Origin: Parcubacteria group bacterium LiPW_41
GTDB lineage: Bacteria; Patescibacteriota; Minisyncoccia; UBA6257; GWB1-50-10
Assembly (NCBI GenBank): GCA_007375535.1
Contig: VMEM01000004.1
Span: 22,545-86,544 of the forward strand
DNA length: 64,000 nucleotides
Direction: 5' to 3'
Positions 20,299 to 30,096 of this stretch are shown one piece after another. Each line of letters starts with the position of its first letter. The stretch's first letter is position 1. The notes beneath the pieces were generated by a model that saw only the letters and a program-made list of their open reading frames with translations, made no database searches and was not told the DNA's origin. Both the position numbers and the translations under genes were made by a program.

Positions 20299-21531
20299 AT
20301 GGAAAAAAATTTTATTAAAAAAAATTCCTGTTCAAGTTGCGGCGGTAAGAACTTAATACAAATTCTTGACCTTGGGATGATGCCCCTGGCAAATGCCTTT
20401 CTTAATGAAGAGGAGTTGAAGAGTGAAGAAAAGAAATTTCCTCTTACGGTTGCTTTTTGTAATGACTGTGCATTGTTGCAAATAATGGATTTGGTCAACC
20501 CAAGCGTTTTGTTTAAGGAATATGATTATATAACGTCAGCGAGTGCCCCACTTATTCCACATTTTGAGGGTATGGCACGGATCTTGACTAATGAGTTTAT
20601 AAAATCAAAAAATGATTTATTTGTTGATGTCGGAGGGAACGATGGAACGCTTTTGGCGGCGATAAAAGATAATTGTCGCGTTCTCAATATTGACCCAGCA
20701 GAAAATATTGCACCGCTTTCCAGAGAAAGAGGGGTGGAAACTTTGAGTGATTTTTTTGGCACTGAGACTGCAAAAAATGTCATAGAGAAGTATGGAAGTG
20801 CAAAAGTAGTTACTGCTAATAACGTATTTGCGCATATTGCAGACATACGGGATGCGTTTGCTGGAGCGGGTATGCTTATAGGGGAAGATGGGATCCTTGT
20901 GGTTGAGGTACATTGGGTTGGGAATTTAATAGGTGATGGAGGGTTTGACCAAATTTATCACGAACATTTGTGTTATTGGTCATTAACTGCATTAAAAAAT
21001 CTTGTTAATTCTCTTGGAATGGATGTATTCAGAGTTGATTTAATCCCATTTCATGGACAATCAATGCGAGTTTTTATTTCAAGAAACAGACCTGTTGAAA
21101 ATTCAGTACTTGATTTATTGAAGAAAGAAAAAGAAATACAATTAGATAAAAAAGAAGCGTTTTTGAATTTTAGGGAGAAGGTTGAGAAAAATAAGAAAAT
21201 TTTAGTTAATACATTAAATGATTTGAAAAAAAATGGAAAAAAAGTCGTTGCATATGGAGCTCCAGCAAAAGGGAACACTCTTTTAAATTATTTTGAATTG
21301 ACTCCAGAAATTATAGATTATGCGACAGATACAACTCCAATGAAGCAGGGAAAATTTACCCCTGGCGTTCATATTCCTGTGTTTTCACCAGAGAAAGCAA
21401 AAAAAGAAGTTCCGGACTATTTTCTTCTCTTGGCTTGGAATTATGCCGACGCTATTATGAAAAACGAGGATGAATTCAGAAAGAATGGTGGTAAGTTTAT
21501 CATCCCAGTTCCTGAGATGTGGATTGTTTAA
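20299..21531 (+). CDS. class I SAM-dependent (NDP-sugar C-/O-) methyltransferase with N-terminal Cys4 zinc-ribbon
   Basis: CSSCGG...CNDC N-terminal zinc ribbon; VDVGGNDGTLL SAM motif I; architecture of TylCIII/Methyltransf_13-14 sugar methyltransferases. Confidence 0.6.
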   Translation: MEKNFIKKNSCSSCGGKNLIQILDLGMMPLANAFLNEEELKSEEKKFPLTVAFCNDCALLQIMDLVNPSVLFKEYDYITSASAPLIPHFEGMARILTNEFIKSKNDLFVDVGGNDGTLLAAIKDNCRVLNIDPAENIAPLSRERGVETLSDFFGTETAKNVIEKYGSAKVVTANNVFAHIADIRDAFAGAGMLIGEDGILVVEVHWVGNLIGDGGFDQIYHEHLCYWSLTALKNLVNSLGMDVFRVDLIPFHGQSMRVFISRNRPVENSVLDLLKKEKEIQLDKKEAFLNFREKVEKNKKILVNTLNDLKKNGKKVVAYGAPAKGNTLLNYFELTPEIIDYATDTTPMKQGKFTPGVHIPVFSPEKAKKEVPDYFLLLAWNYADAIMKNEDEFRKNGGKFIIPVPEMWIV

Positions 21532-21533
21532 TC

Positions 21534-22478
21534 ATGAAAAAAATTCCTTGCGATATTTGTGGTACCGTTGATTTTGAAAAAGTTTTCATGCAAAAAGATG
21601 TCCGCATAAAAAGGGATGGCGCTGATGAATTTCTCGTTGTCAGATGTAAAAATTGCGGCCTTGTTTGCACAGATCAACTTGCCATACCGGAAGATATCTC
21701 AACTTATTATGGCGAGCAATATTTTTCGCAATCCAAGAGATTAAATAATATTTTATTTTTTTTAAAAAAAATAAAAACATTTTTTTTAACAGAAAAACCA
21801 ACTGGAAAATTTTTTAGAAAGAGAAAACAATTTTTCGGAAAAAGTCAGGGAAATTACTTAAATATTGGTTGTGCGACTGGCGTCTTAGAAAAGTTTTTAA
21901 TAAAACAATTTCCTGGATGGAAATTTTATGGAGTGGAACCTGATAGGTTTGCATATGAAGAAGCAAATAAAATAGAAGATTTTAATGTAAAATGTGGAGT
22001 TTTAGAAGAATCTGGTTTTGGTGAAAAATTTTTTGATTTGATTCTTTTAAATCAAGTATTGGAACACGTCCCAGGTCCGAGCGCAGTGTTGGTTGAGTGT
22101 TTTAGAATTTTAAAAGATGACGGAATTTTAATTATTGCTGTTCCAAATTTTGATTCTCTTGGTGAAAAAGTTTTTGAGGAAAACTGGTATCACTTAGATC
22201 TTCCAAGGCATCTTTTTCATTTTAATAAAAAGACATTGAATAAAATGCTAGAGCGGGCTGGGTTTTTTCAGGAAAAAATTGAAAATGAGGTTCTTTTTGG
22301 ATCTTTTTTTAAAAGTATTTTAATAAAGAGAAAACTTGATTCAGAAAAATATAACAAAATCATTTCTTTTTTTGTTTTAATTTTTGATTCATTTCCATTT
22401 TTTTATACTCCAGTCGAATTATTTTTTGGTGGTGGACTATTTTCTGTTTTTAAAAAGAAATATGCAAAAACGTCCTAA
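21534..22478 (+). CDS. class I SAM-dependent methyltransferase with N-terminal Cys4 zinc-ribbon
   Basis: CDICG...CKNCG zinc ribbon; LNIGCATGVL motif I; FDLILLNQVLEHV motif II region. Confidence 0.6.
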   Translation: MKKIPCDICGTVDFEKVFMQKDVRIKRDGADEFLVVRCKNCGLVCTDQLAIPEDISTYYGEQYFSQSKRLNNILFFLKKIKTFFLTEKPTGKFFRKRKQFFGKSQGNYLNIGCATGVLEKFLIKQFPGWKFYGVEPDRFAYEEANKIEDFNVKCGVLEESGFGEKFFDLILLNQVLEHVPGPSAVLVECFRILKDDGILIIAVPNFDSLGEKVFEENWYHLDLPRHLFHFNKKTLNKMLERAGFFQEKIENEVLFGSFFKSILIKRKLDSEKYNKIISFFVLIFDSFPFFYTPVELFFGGGLFSVFKKKYAKTS

Positions 22479-23409
22479 GGTTTTTATTTTAATTTTACAT
22501 TGGCAGAATTATGATGTTACAAGAAAATGTCTTAGTTCTCTAAAAAAAATAAAATACCCAGATTATGAGGTTATTGTTTTAGATAACGCATCAACAAATG
22601 AGTCAGCGAAAAGGTTAAAGCAAGAATTTCCTGAATTCCTTTTCTTTTTTAATAAAAAAAATAATGGATATGGTGCTGGAATGAATCCAGGAATAGAATA
22701 TTCCTTGAACAATGGGGCTGAGTATATTTTTTTACTTAATAACGATGTTATTGTAACAAGCGAAAATTTTATAGAGAAACTCGTTTTTCTAATGGATGGC
22801 AAGAAAGAGATAGGGATTTGTGGTCCTAGGTTGTTATTCGAAAACGGAAAGTACCAGAGATCATATCGTAGTGTTTTTTTGTCCTTAGCTTTGGGATTTT
22901 ATTCTTCACAAAAAGTTGTCTCTTTTTTTAGAAAAGTTCTCAGTTTGCCTGATAAGGGTAATATTTCACATAAAGTTGATTGGCTCAATGCGGTTGCGCT
23001 TTTTATAAGGGCGGATGTATTTAGAAAAATTGGGAGAATGGATGAATGTTTTTTTCTTGGCGCTGAAGATGTTGATTTGTCGATGAGGGCGAAGAAAAAC
23101 GGATGGGAAACATGGTATTGTGCTGAATCAGAGCTTGTTCATTTAAGCTTCGTGAGCCATGAGAATAATGACGGTGTTGGCTACGATAAATATTGGGTTG
23201 AGAGTACTATTCTTTTTTTAAAAAAATATTATCCACTCTATTTAGTATTTATAGTTAAATTCCTCATGTTTTTTGGTCTCGCTCTTCGTGGAATTCAATG
23301 GATGCTTTTAAGTTTATTTAATAATACCTATCTGAAAAGGGCAAAAAGATTTTTTACGATTGGTTACCTTTCATTGGTTATGTGGCCAAAATGTACAGAT
23401 AAAATATGA
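22462..23409 (+). CDS. GT2 glycosyltransferase (rhamnosyltransferase-like)
   Basis: VFILILHWQNYDVTRKCL...VLDNASTNES...NNGYGAGMN...LLNNDVIV; GT2 DXD context. Confidence 0.7.
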   Translation: MQKRPKVFILILHWQNYDVTRKCLSSLKKIKYPDYEVIVLDNASTNESAKRLKQEFPEFLFFFNKKNNGYGAGMNPGIEYSLNNGAEYIFLLNNDVIVTSENFIEKLVFLMDGKKEIGICGPRLLFENGKYQRSYRSVFLSLALGFYSSQKVVSFFRKVLSLPDKGNISHKVDWLNAVALFIRADVFRKIGRMDECFFLGAEDVDLSMRAKKNGWETWYCAESELVHLSFVSHENNDGVGYDKYWVESTILFLKKYYPLYLVFIVKFLMFFGLALRGIQWMLLSLFNNTYLKRAKRFFTIGYLSLVMWPKCTDKI

Positions 23410-24308
23410 CGACATCCGTTTTTATTGTGGTTTTAAATTGGAATAATTTTAATGACACAAAAAAGTGCATTGATTCTGTATTGGGGTCAACTTTTGATGA
23501 TTTTCTTATCTTGCTAATTGATAATGGCTCATCTGATGATTCTTTAGTGAAGCTTAAGAAGGAATTTGAATATAACAAAAAAGTTACTTTTTTATCTAAT
23601 CAAAGAAATTTTGGATATGCAGGAGGGGTTAATCCAGGAATTAGGACGTTTCTCTCTGAAAATAAATTCAAATATCTTTGGGTATTAAATAATGATATTG
23701 TTGTTGATAAAAACGCACTTAAATTTTTAGTTGATGGTTTGGCGAGTAATACTGATTCTAAAATAGCAGGACCAACTATTTTTTTTGAAGGAACAGAAAA
23801 AGTTATGGAACAATACTATAAATTAAATCTGTTTCTTGGCAAATATGAAGTCAAAAAAAATTTAGATAGATCAAAAATAATCAGATTAGAGAATAATAAA
23901 AAAAATTTTATTGGTGGTGCCGCAATTTTTCTCGAGAGAGATGCTGTTGAAAAAATTAACATAATTCCCGAAGAATATTTCATGTACAATGAAGACGTGG
24001 ATTGGCACATGAAAATAAAAGGAGAAAAATGGGGGTATCTTTATATTGGACCCGCTCACGTTTGGCATAAAAGGAGTGCGTCTTCTGGGGGAAGAAAATC
24101 AATTATGCCAGATTATTATGATTCAAGAAATTTTCTTTATTTCATAAAGAAATTCTATCCTCTTTGGTTGCCCTATGAGTTATTAACATCTTTATTTAAT
24201 AAAGTTCTTCCCAAAATATTACGGAGAGAGTGGATTAGGTTGAGGTATGTTTTTTGGGGATTTTATGATTTTTTTGCTGGAAAAATGGGAATTTTTGAAA
24301 GAAAATAA
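23406..24308 (+). CDS. GT2 glycosyltransferase (paralog of previous)
   Basis: VFIVVLNWNNFNDTKKCI...LIDNGSSDDS...NFGYAGGVN...VLNNDIVV. Confidence 0.7.
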   Translation: MTTSVFIVVLNWNNFNDTKKCIDSVLGSTFDDFLILLIDNGSSDDSLVKLKKEFEYNKKVTFLSNQRNFGYAGGVNPGIRTFLSENKFKYLWVLNNDIVVDKNALKFLVDGLASNTDSKIAGPTIFFEGTEKVMEQYYKLNLFLGKYEVKKNLDRSKIIRLENNKKNFIGGAAIFLERDAVEKINIIPEEYFMYNEDVDWHMKIKGEKWGYLYIGPAHVWHKRSASSGGRKSIMPDYYDSRNFLYFIKKFYPLWLPYELLTSLFNKVLPKILRREWIRLRYVFWGFYDFFAGKMGIFERK

Positions 24309-24310
24309 TT

Positions 24311-25117
24311 ATGAAAATTTCAGTAATTACTCCATTTTATAATGGATCAAAATTTATCAAAAAGTGTATCCAAGGAGTACAATCTCAATCTGTCACTGAT
24401 TTTGAATATATTATCATAGACGATGGATCTGAGGATGAAGAGCTTTTGATGCTTAAAGGCGCCTCAAAAGAATTTTCCAATGTCACTATTTTTTCGACAA
24501 AAAATGAAAAACAGGCTGCGGCAGTAAATTTTGGAATCAAGCAAGCAGGGGGAGAATATATAGCATTTTGTGATCAAGATGACTGGTGGTTGCCAGAAAA
24601 ATTAGAAAAACAAGCAAAATTTTTGGATGAACATCAAGACATTGATCTTGTTTATTCAGATGCTTTTTTAGGAGATGAGGCTGGAACACTGAGGCATGAA
24701 ACATGGATGCAATCTCGAAAAGTCTTTGTGTGTACTGGGGGATATACTGAGTGTGCTAAGAAGCTTTTCGAGAGAAATTTTATTTGCGCGCCATTAGTCG
24801 TTATGGTTAGAAGTAATGCGCTATTAGCCATCGGGGGTATAAACGAGCAATATACTAGTGCTTATGACTATGATTTATGGTTCCGATTATTAGAGTGGGG
24901 TTCTAAATTTGCTTACTTAGATGAGCCACTTGCTGTTTGGAGGTCTCACTCGCAGAATGAAAGTGGAGACGTGCGAAGAGCAAAGAAAATACAGACAAAA
25001 ATACTTCTGAATTTTCTTATTCGAAATAAAAAATTTGTTTTTAAACATCCGATATTGGTCGTAATAAAATTTTTTAGGATTCTTTTAGGTTTTTTAGTGA
25101 ATTACAATCCCTACTAA
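24311..25117 (+). CDS. GT2 glycosyltransferase
   Basis: ISVITPFYNGSKFI...IIIDDGSEDE...CDQDDWW. Confidence 0.75.
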   Translation: MKISVITPFYNGSKFIKKCIQGVQSQSVTDFEYIIIDDGSEDEELLMLKGASKEFSNVTIFSTKNEKQAAAVNFGIKQAGGEYIAFCDQDDWWLPEKLEKQAKFLDEHQDIDLVYSDAFLGDEAGTLRHETWMQSRKVFVCTGGYTECAKKLFERNFICAPLVVMVRSNALLAIGGINEQYTSAYDYDLWFRLLEWGSKFAYLDEPLAVWRSHSQNESGDVRRAKKIQTKILLNFLIRNKKFVFKHPILVVIKFFRILLGFLVNYNPY

Positions 25118-25125
25118 AACAGAAT

Positions 25126-26337
25126 ATGGAATTTATTAGAAAATATAAGAGTTTATTTATTTCATTGCGATCAAATGTAGTACGCAAGAAGTTTTTGATC
25201 CAAAAAACAATTGTAAAATGGATAAAAATCGTGTTTCTTGTTGTTGAAATTCCATTTGAATTGGTGGGGGATGCCCTTTTCTTTTGGAGACGATGTTTAA
25301 AAAAGAAATTTATTAACCCACAAAAAATTCTTATTGTTCGCATTGATCAATTTGGAGACGTGTTATTTTCCACGTTTTTGCTTCCTATTTTGAAAAAAAA
25401 GTATCCAGAATGCGAAATTGATTATTTGGTAAATCCAAAAACGTTAGCGATTTTAAAAAACAATCAGTATATACAGAATGTTTATTTGTGGGACGAGATC
25501 GCCCTTCATTTTATTGCGGGGAGAAAGGAAGGATCAAAAACCTCAATATCCCAAGCACTAAAGAATAATCAAGAAGTAATCAAGAAGCTTAGGGGAGAAA
25601 ATTATGATTATGTAATTAATGGACGAGCGTTTGTTCCCAGCTCAAATATATGGTGGAAATTTATAAAACCAAAACGCTTGATAGCATTTGATATATCCGA
25701 GCAGAGTTTTCTCGCTGATTATTGGGCGGAATATGGCCTTAAAAGTGAGGAGTGGGAAAACTATATGAATCTTTTGCTTCCACTTGGCATTGCAAAAAAC
25801 GAATTTTTTTATGAGCCAGTATTCAATAATTTTGATGATTCTATTTTTAATAAATACGAATTTCAGTCATTGAGGGGGAAAAACTACATAGTGTGTGCGC
25901 CCGTTTCTTTTGATAAGGACAGGCAATGGGAAGTTGAGAGCTGGCGAAAAGTCATTGTTGCATATCGTGATGCTGGTAATGCGGTTGTATTCACTGGTAT
26001 ACAAAGTCAGCTTGAATATATAAAAAATATTTTGGATGGAGTTGATGGAAAAGATATTATTGTTGCCACCAATCTCACACTTCCTGAGTTGGGTAGTATT
26101 TATAAAAAAGCAAAGTTATTTTTAGGGATCGAATCATTTCCTGCGCATCTTGCACTTGCGCTTAAAAAACCAATTATCTGTCTTATGCGAAACGATGCAT
26201 ATTATTTGAAAGGATTTTCTTCGGCCAAAACTGCCTCAGCTCGCTCAATGATACCGCTTCTTGAGGGACGAGTATTTGCGTTGGATATAAAAACAACCTC
26301 CGTAGAGAAGGTTGTCGAAATTGTGAAGTCTTTGTAG
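25126..26337 (+). CDS. GT9-family glycosyltransferase (heptosyltransferase-like)
   Basis: KILIVRIDQFGDVLFSTFLLPILKKKYPECEIDYLV is the hallmark N-terminus of GT9. Confidence 0.55.
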   Translation: MEFIRKYKSLFISLRSNVVRKKFLIQKTIVKWIKIVFLVVEIPFELVGDALFFWRRCLKKKFINPQKILIVRIDQFGDVLFSTFLLPILKKKYPECEIDYLVNPKTLAILKNNQYIQNVYLWDEIALHFIAGRKEGSKTSISQALKNNQEVIKKLRGENYDYVINGRAFVPSSNIWWKFIKPKRLIAFDISEQSFLADYWAEYGLKSEEWENYMNLLLPLGIAKNEFFYEPVFNNFDDSIFNKYEFQSLRGKNYIVCAPVSFDKDRQWEVESWRKVIVAYRDAGNAVVFTGIQSQLEYIKNILDGVDGKDIIVATNLTLPELGSIYKKAKLFLGIESFPAHLALALKKPIICLMRNDAYYLKGFSSAKTASARSMIPLLEGRVFALDIKTTSVEKVVEIVKSL

Positions 26338-27882
26338 TTATTCAACCATTGTTTTTGGATTAATTTTTTGGAGCAATGGTTCTTTTTGTAAAACGAGAAG
26401 TCCAAGATATATGACTCCTCCAAATCCTATAGTGAATACTACGTGCGGGGAAATAAGAGAAATAAGTAGGCACGCAATTCCCATTCCAACCGATGCGAGA
26501 ATTATTTTCTTTATGTGAGGAAATAATGAAAAAGGAATAATTTTTTTCATACTGATCCAAAGCCACCCATTTGAAAAAAGTTGTGCAATAAGTGTTGCAA
26601 AGGCGGATCCCGTGACGCCATAGGGGGGAATAAGTAAGAGATCGAGGATTAGATTTGCAACCGCGCCAAGTCCATATGCAACAATAAATGTTTTTTGTTT
26701 GTGATGTGCAAATAAAATATTTCCTAAAATTGTTCCCGTAAACACAAGTGGTACGGTAAGGAGTAATACCTGAAATGGCATAGAGGCATCAATAAATTTA
26801 TTTCCAAAAATAAAAACTGTAAGAGGTATACCAACAACAATGCCACCCACAAGAACGGGGAACGCAAACATCATAGACAGAGAGAGTGCCTTTTCTACTG
26901 TTCGTTTCACCTTTTCAACTTTTCCTTCCGCGACATACCTGCTCACTATTGGAAAAATGCTTGCTGCAAAAAGTGCTGGAAGAACATAGAGGAACATTAC
27001 TGGGCGCTGAGCAGCACCATAGAGTCCTAAGTCGTGAGCGGTGCGAAACCAACCAATAACTAATGTATCTACATTAATCATTAAATTACCAAAGAGCCCC
27101 ATTAGTGCAAATGGCCACGAACTAAAAAACACTAATCGTGCATACTGCAGGCTGAAATTACTTAAAAGTCCAGAAAAATCTTTTCGCAGTATATAGAACG
27201 TGATGAGTGTTCCAATTATTATTCCGGTTGTGTAGCCATAAGCTAAAAATTTTGCTGAGGGAAAAACAAGCAATGCAGCGATTCCAAGAATAGTAATAAG
27301 TCCATCGGTAATAATGTTTGCTCCCGACTCAATTTGCATCTTGTTTTTTGCTCGAGCAATAGAAAAGGCAAATCCACGAAGAGAATCAAACGCGAGAAGC
27401 ACGCTTACCGTAAGAAGAAGTTCTTGAATTCCTTTTACATTTGTGAGATATGGTCCCACAAACATAGTGATGCCTATGGTGACGGTAAGTGCAATAAGCT
27501 TAAGAATAAATGTAGTGGATGCGTAAATCTTGGTTTTCTCTGGTTCTTGCACCGCCTGACGAGTAAGTATTCCAGAGAGACCCATATCAGAAAATACTCC
27601 AAAAAGACCCGCAAAACTTAATGCGTATGAAAAAACACCGTATCCTTCGGTGCCCAATATGCGTGCTGCATACATTATCATAATTGCCCGAATGGAACGA
27701 CTTACAATTGTTCCAAGGGTGAGCCAAAATGTATTTTTTGCTATTGTCTGCGATTCTGTTTTGTTCTCAAAAAGGAATGACTTAATCTTCGGTATCATAG
27801 ATATATCCCCATTGTACCCGTCTTTCCCCAAAAACTGAATATCTCCACTATTTTCCAAAAGAATATAAATTGATAAATACAT
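26338..27882 (-). CDS. Wzx-type polysaccharide flippase (MOP superfamily)
   Basis: 14 TM helices; N-terminal NTFWLTLGTIVSRSIRAIMIMYAARILG motif of polysaccharide biosynthesis proteins. Confidence 0.75.
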   Translation of the reverse strand: MYLSIYILLENSGDIQFLGKDGYNGDISMIPKIKSFLFENKTESQTIAKNTFWLTLGTIVSRSIRAIMIMYAARILGTEGYGVFSYALSFAGLFGVFSDMGLSGILTRQAVQEPEKTKIYASTTFILKLIALTVTIGITMFVGPYLTNVKGIQELLLTVSVLLAFDSLRGFAFSIARAKNKMQIESGANIITDGLITILGIAALLVFPSAKFLAYGYTTGIIIGTLITFYILRKDFSGLLSNFSLQYARLVFFSSWPFALMGLFGNLMINVDTLVIGWFRTAHDLGLYGAAQRPVMFLYVLPALFAASIFPIVSRYVAEGKVEKVKRTVEKALSLSMMFAFPVLVGGIVVGIPLTVFIFGNKFIDASMPFQVLLLTVPLVFTGTILGNILFAHHKQKTFIVAYGLGAVANLILDLLLIPPYGVTGSAFATLIAQLFSNGWLWISMKKIIPFSLFPHIKKIILASVGMGIACLLISLISPHVVFTIGFGGVIYLGLLVLQKEPLLQKINPKTMVE

Positions 27883-27884
27883 TT

Positions 27885-27920
27885 GTTAATACTTACCGGC
27901 GACCGCCGGTAAGTATTAAC
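27885..27920. repeat. 36-bp perfect palindrome A1 (GTTAATACTTACCGGCG-AC-CGCCGGTAAGTATTAAC) in divergent promoter region
   Basis: 17-bp perfect arms; second copy at 28566-28601 differs by a symmetric (compensated) T/A change. Confidence 0.7.
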
Positions 27921-27956
27921 ATCACAAGTGATATAATAAATAAGCAAAGAAAAAGA

Positions 27957-28541
27957 ATGAAAGAGAAGATAAATACAATAAAAAGGAAAAAGAGACGATG
28001 GGGGACAAAATCAATGCTTATTCTTGAATTATTGAAGGAGGGGGCATTTTGTACTGCTGATCTGTTTGGGGAAATGTTTTTAAATCCAATAACACCAAAA
28101 CAACGATATGCACGTGCAATTTTTGGACGACAAATAAAACATGAAGAATTTCACATTCCAAGAAATACCAAGATCACACTGTATAGGACGTTATATAACT
28201 TAGAAAAACAAGGATTAGTAGAAAAGAAGAATGGAGCGTGGGAGATAACGCGTGACGGAAAAGAAAATATTATAGAATCTTTACAGATAAATAGGGGGAG
28301 AAAATATATTTGTAAAAAATCTGAATACTATACAATTGTTGCTTTTGATATACCAGAAAAAATAAAAGCGAAGCGAGAGTGGTTGAGAGAGGCACTTGTG
28401 AATATGGAATTCTCTTTATTACAACAAAGCGTTTGGATAGCAAAAAAGAAAATTCCCGGAGAGTTTATTAAAGATCTACATAATATGAGAATTTCTAAGT
28501 TTGTTCATATTTTTGAGGTGACCAAACACGGAACGATATAA
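27957..28541 (+). CDS. winged-helix transcriptional regulator, PaaX-like (C-terminal Cas2/VapD-like ferredoxin-fold segment)
   Basis: N-terminal wHTH-like LILELLKEG...LYRTLYNLEKQGLVEK; C-terminal TIVAFDIPEKIKAKREWLREALVNMEFSLLQQSVWIAK pattern; ATG 27957 preferred because the track start 27870 runs through the palindrome. Confidence 0.4.
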   Translation: MKEKINTIKRKKRRWGTKSMLILELLKEGAFCTADLFGEMFLNPITPKQRYARAIFGRQIKHEEFHIPRNTKITLYRTLYNLEKQGLVEKKNGAWEITRDGKENIIESLQINRGRKYICKKSEYYTIVAFDIPEKIKAKREWLREALVNMEFSLLQQSVWIAKKKIPGEFIKDLHNMRISKFVHIFEVTKHGTI

Positions 28542-28565
28542 TACAATATAAAAGTAATATTATTT

Positions 28566-28601
28566 GTTAATACATACCGGCGACCGCCGGTATGTATTAA
28601 C
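28566..28601. repeat. 36-bp perfect palindrome A2 (GTTAATACATACCGGCG-AC-CGCCGGTATGTATTAAC)
   Basis: direct repeat of A1 including the shared flank atttgttaatac...; lies between convergent genes. Confidence 0.7.
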
Positions 28602-28682
28602 ATGTGCGGGCACACTTCAATATAGAACTAGAAAATAAAGAGAGCTCACCGATTCGGCGAGTTCTCTTTATTTGTGTGTGAT

Positions 28683-30008
28683 TTAAATAAGTTTTACGAA
28701 TATCATTTTCACTGTTTTAAGAACAATGAAGTCGTCGGTGATGGTTGAACGATGTTTGATGTAATAAATATCGTATGCGAGTTTTTCTTTTGAATCCTCA
28801 ACCGATGCGCCATAGCGGTAATTTACTTGTGCGTGTCCAGTGAATCCTGGGCGAATGATGTGGCGAATATTATAAAACGGAATTTCTTTTTCAAGGGTCT
28901 TGGTGAATTCAGGGCGTTCTGGGCGTGGGCCAACGAGTGAGATGTCTCCGCGAAGCATATTCCATGCTTGTGGAAGTTCGTCGAGATGTGTATATCTCAA
29001 AAACTTTCCAACTTTTGTGGTGCGGTCATCATTTTGTGTTGACCATTGTGCACCATCTTTTTCTGCGTCGGCGCGCATACTTCGGAATTTATAAAGTGTA
29101 AACGGAACATTATTTTTTCCTATTCGTGTTTGTGAATAAATAACTGCACCTCGTGAAGAAAGTTTTATAAGAAGTGCGATAAGAAGTGAGGGGATAAAGA
29201 AAATTAAAATAATTAGAATTGCAGCAGCGATGTCTGTGGTGCGCTTTACCATATCATAAATTGGTCTACGAACGGTGATGTGTTCGATAAACCAACTTTC
29301 GTCGAGTTCATCAATTGGTTCTTTTTCAAACACTGATTCGTAAAAATTTGGGAATGTCATCACCGAGGTTTCAAGTGGAAGAAGTTTATAGAGTGCTGAA
29401 AGTGTCGTTGGGTCGGTGAGCGCATTTTTTTGTATAACAATTAATCGTGAATCTGTCTTTGTTATTATCTCAGGAAGAGATTCAAGCGCTTCTTTTGTCA
29501 CCACTTCAATCCATTTAGTGACGTTGAATCCAACCTGTGGGTTTTCTTTTAAAAATTGAACAGTAGAAGAGAGGAGTGGAGTTGATCCGAGAATGATGGT
29601 ATTCGCAGCACTTCGAACAAAAAGTGTTCGAACGCGCATTCTCCAGAAATAAAGAAAAAGGAATGAAACAACCCCAAAGATAATGAGGTTGGTCTTTGGC
29701 ATAACTCCGAACACGGTAGGGAACAAATAGAAGCAAATCACCGAAAGCCCAGAGGCAAGAATGATGCCCCCAAACAGTGCCTTAATGAGCCATTCCCGCC
29801 CTCTGAATGCCTTGTAGCGGTAGAGATCGCCCCAATAGAAGACTATGAGCCATAAGACGAAGACAACAGAGAATGGAACAACGTGGAGATTCCAGTTTTC
29901 ATAAAAAAGGCCACTATCGCGGTAACGAATGAGAAGGGTAACCGCAAGGGCCACATACAGCACTATGATATCTCCAATAAGGAGAAGGGATTTTTTGTAG
30001 ATTCCCAT
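28683..30008 (-). CDS. initiating polyprenyl-phosphate glycosylphosphotransferase (WbaP/WsaP-like bacterial sugar transferase)
   Basis: C-terminal Bac_transf motifs RIGKNNVPFTLYKFRSM, DELPQAWNMLRGDISLVGPRPERPEF; N-terminal TM bundle. Confidence 0.85.
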   Translation of the reverse strand: MGIYKKSLLLIGDIIVLYVALAVTLLIRYRDSGLFYENWNLHVVPFSVVFVLWLIVFYWGDLYRYKAFRGREWLIKALFGGIILASGLSVICFYLFPTVFGVMPKTNLIIFGVVSFLFLYFWRMRVRTLFVRSAANTIILGSTPLLSSTVQFLKENPQVGFNVTKWIEVVTKEALESLPEIITKTDSRLIVIQKNALTDPTTLSALYKLLPLETSVMTFPNFYESVFEKEPIDELDESWFIEHITVRRPIYDMVKRTTDIAAAILIILIFFIPSLLIALLIKLSSRGAVIYSQTRIGKNNVPFTLYKFRSMRADAEKDGAQWSTQNDDRTTKVGKFLRYTHLDELPQAWNMLRGDISLVGPRPERPEFTKTLEKEIPFYNIRHIIRPGFTGHAQVNYRYGASVEDSKEKLAYDIYYIKHRSTITDDFIVLKTVKMIFVKLI

Positions 30009-30096
30009 AACGCTTTTATACTACCCTAATTTGCATATTTATCAAATAAAATGCATACTATGGACACTGATTTTTAAAAATTGAAAGGAGGTCACA

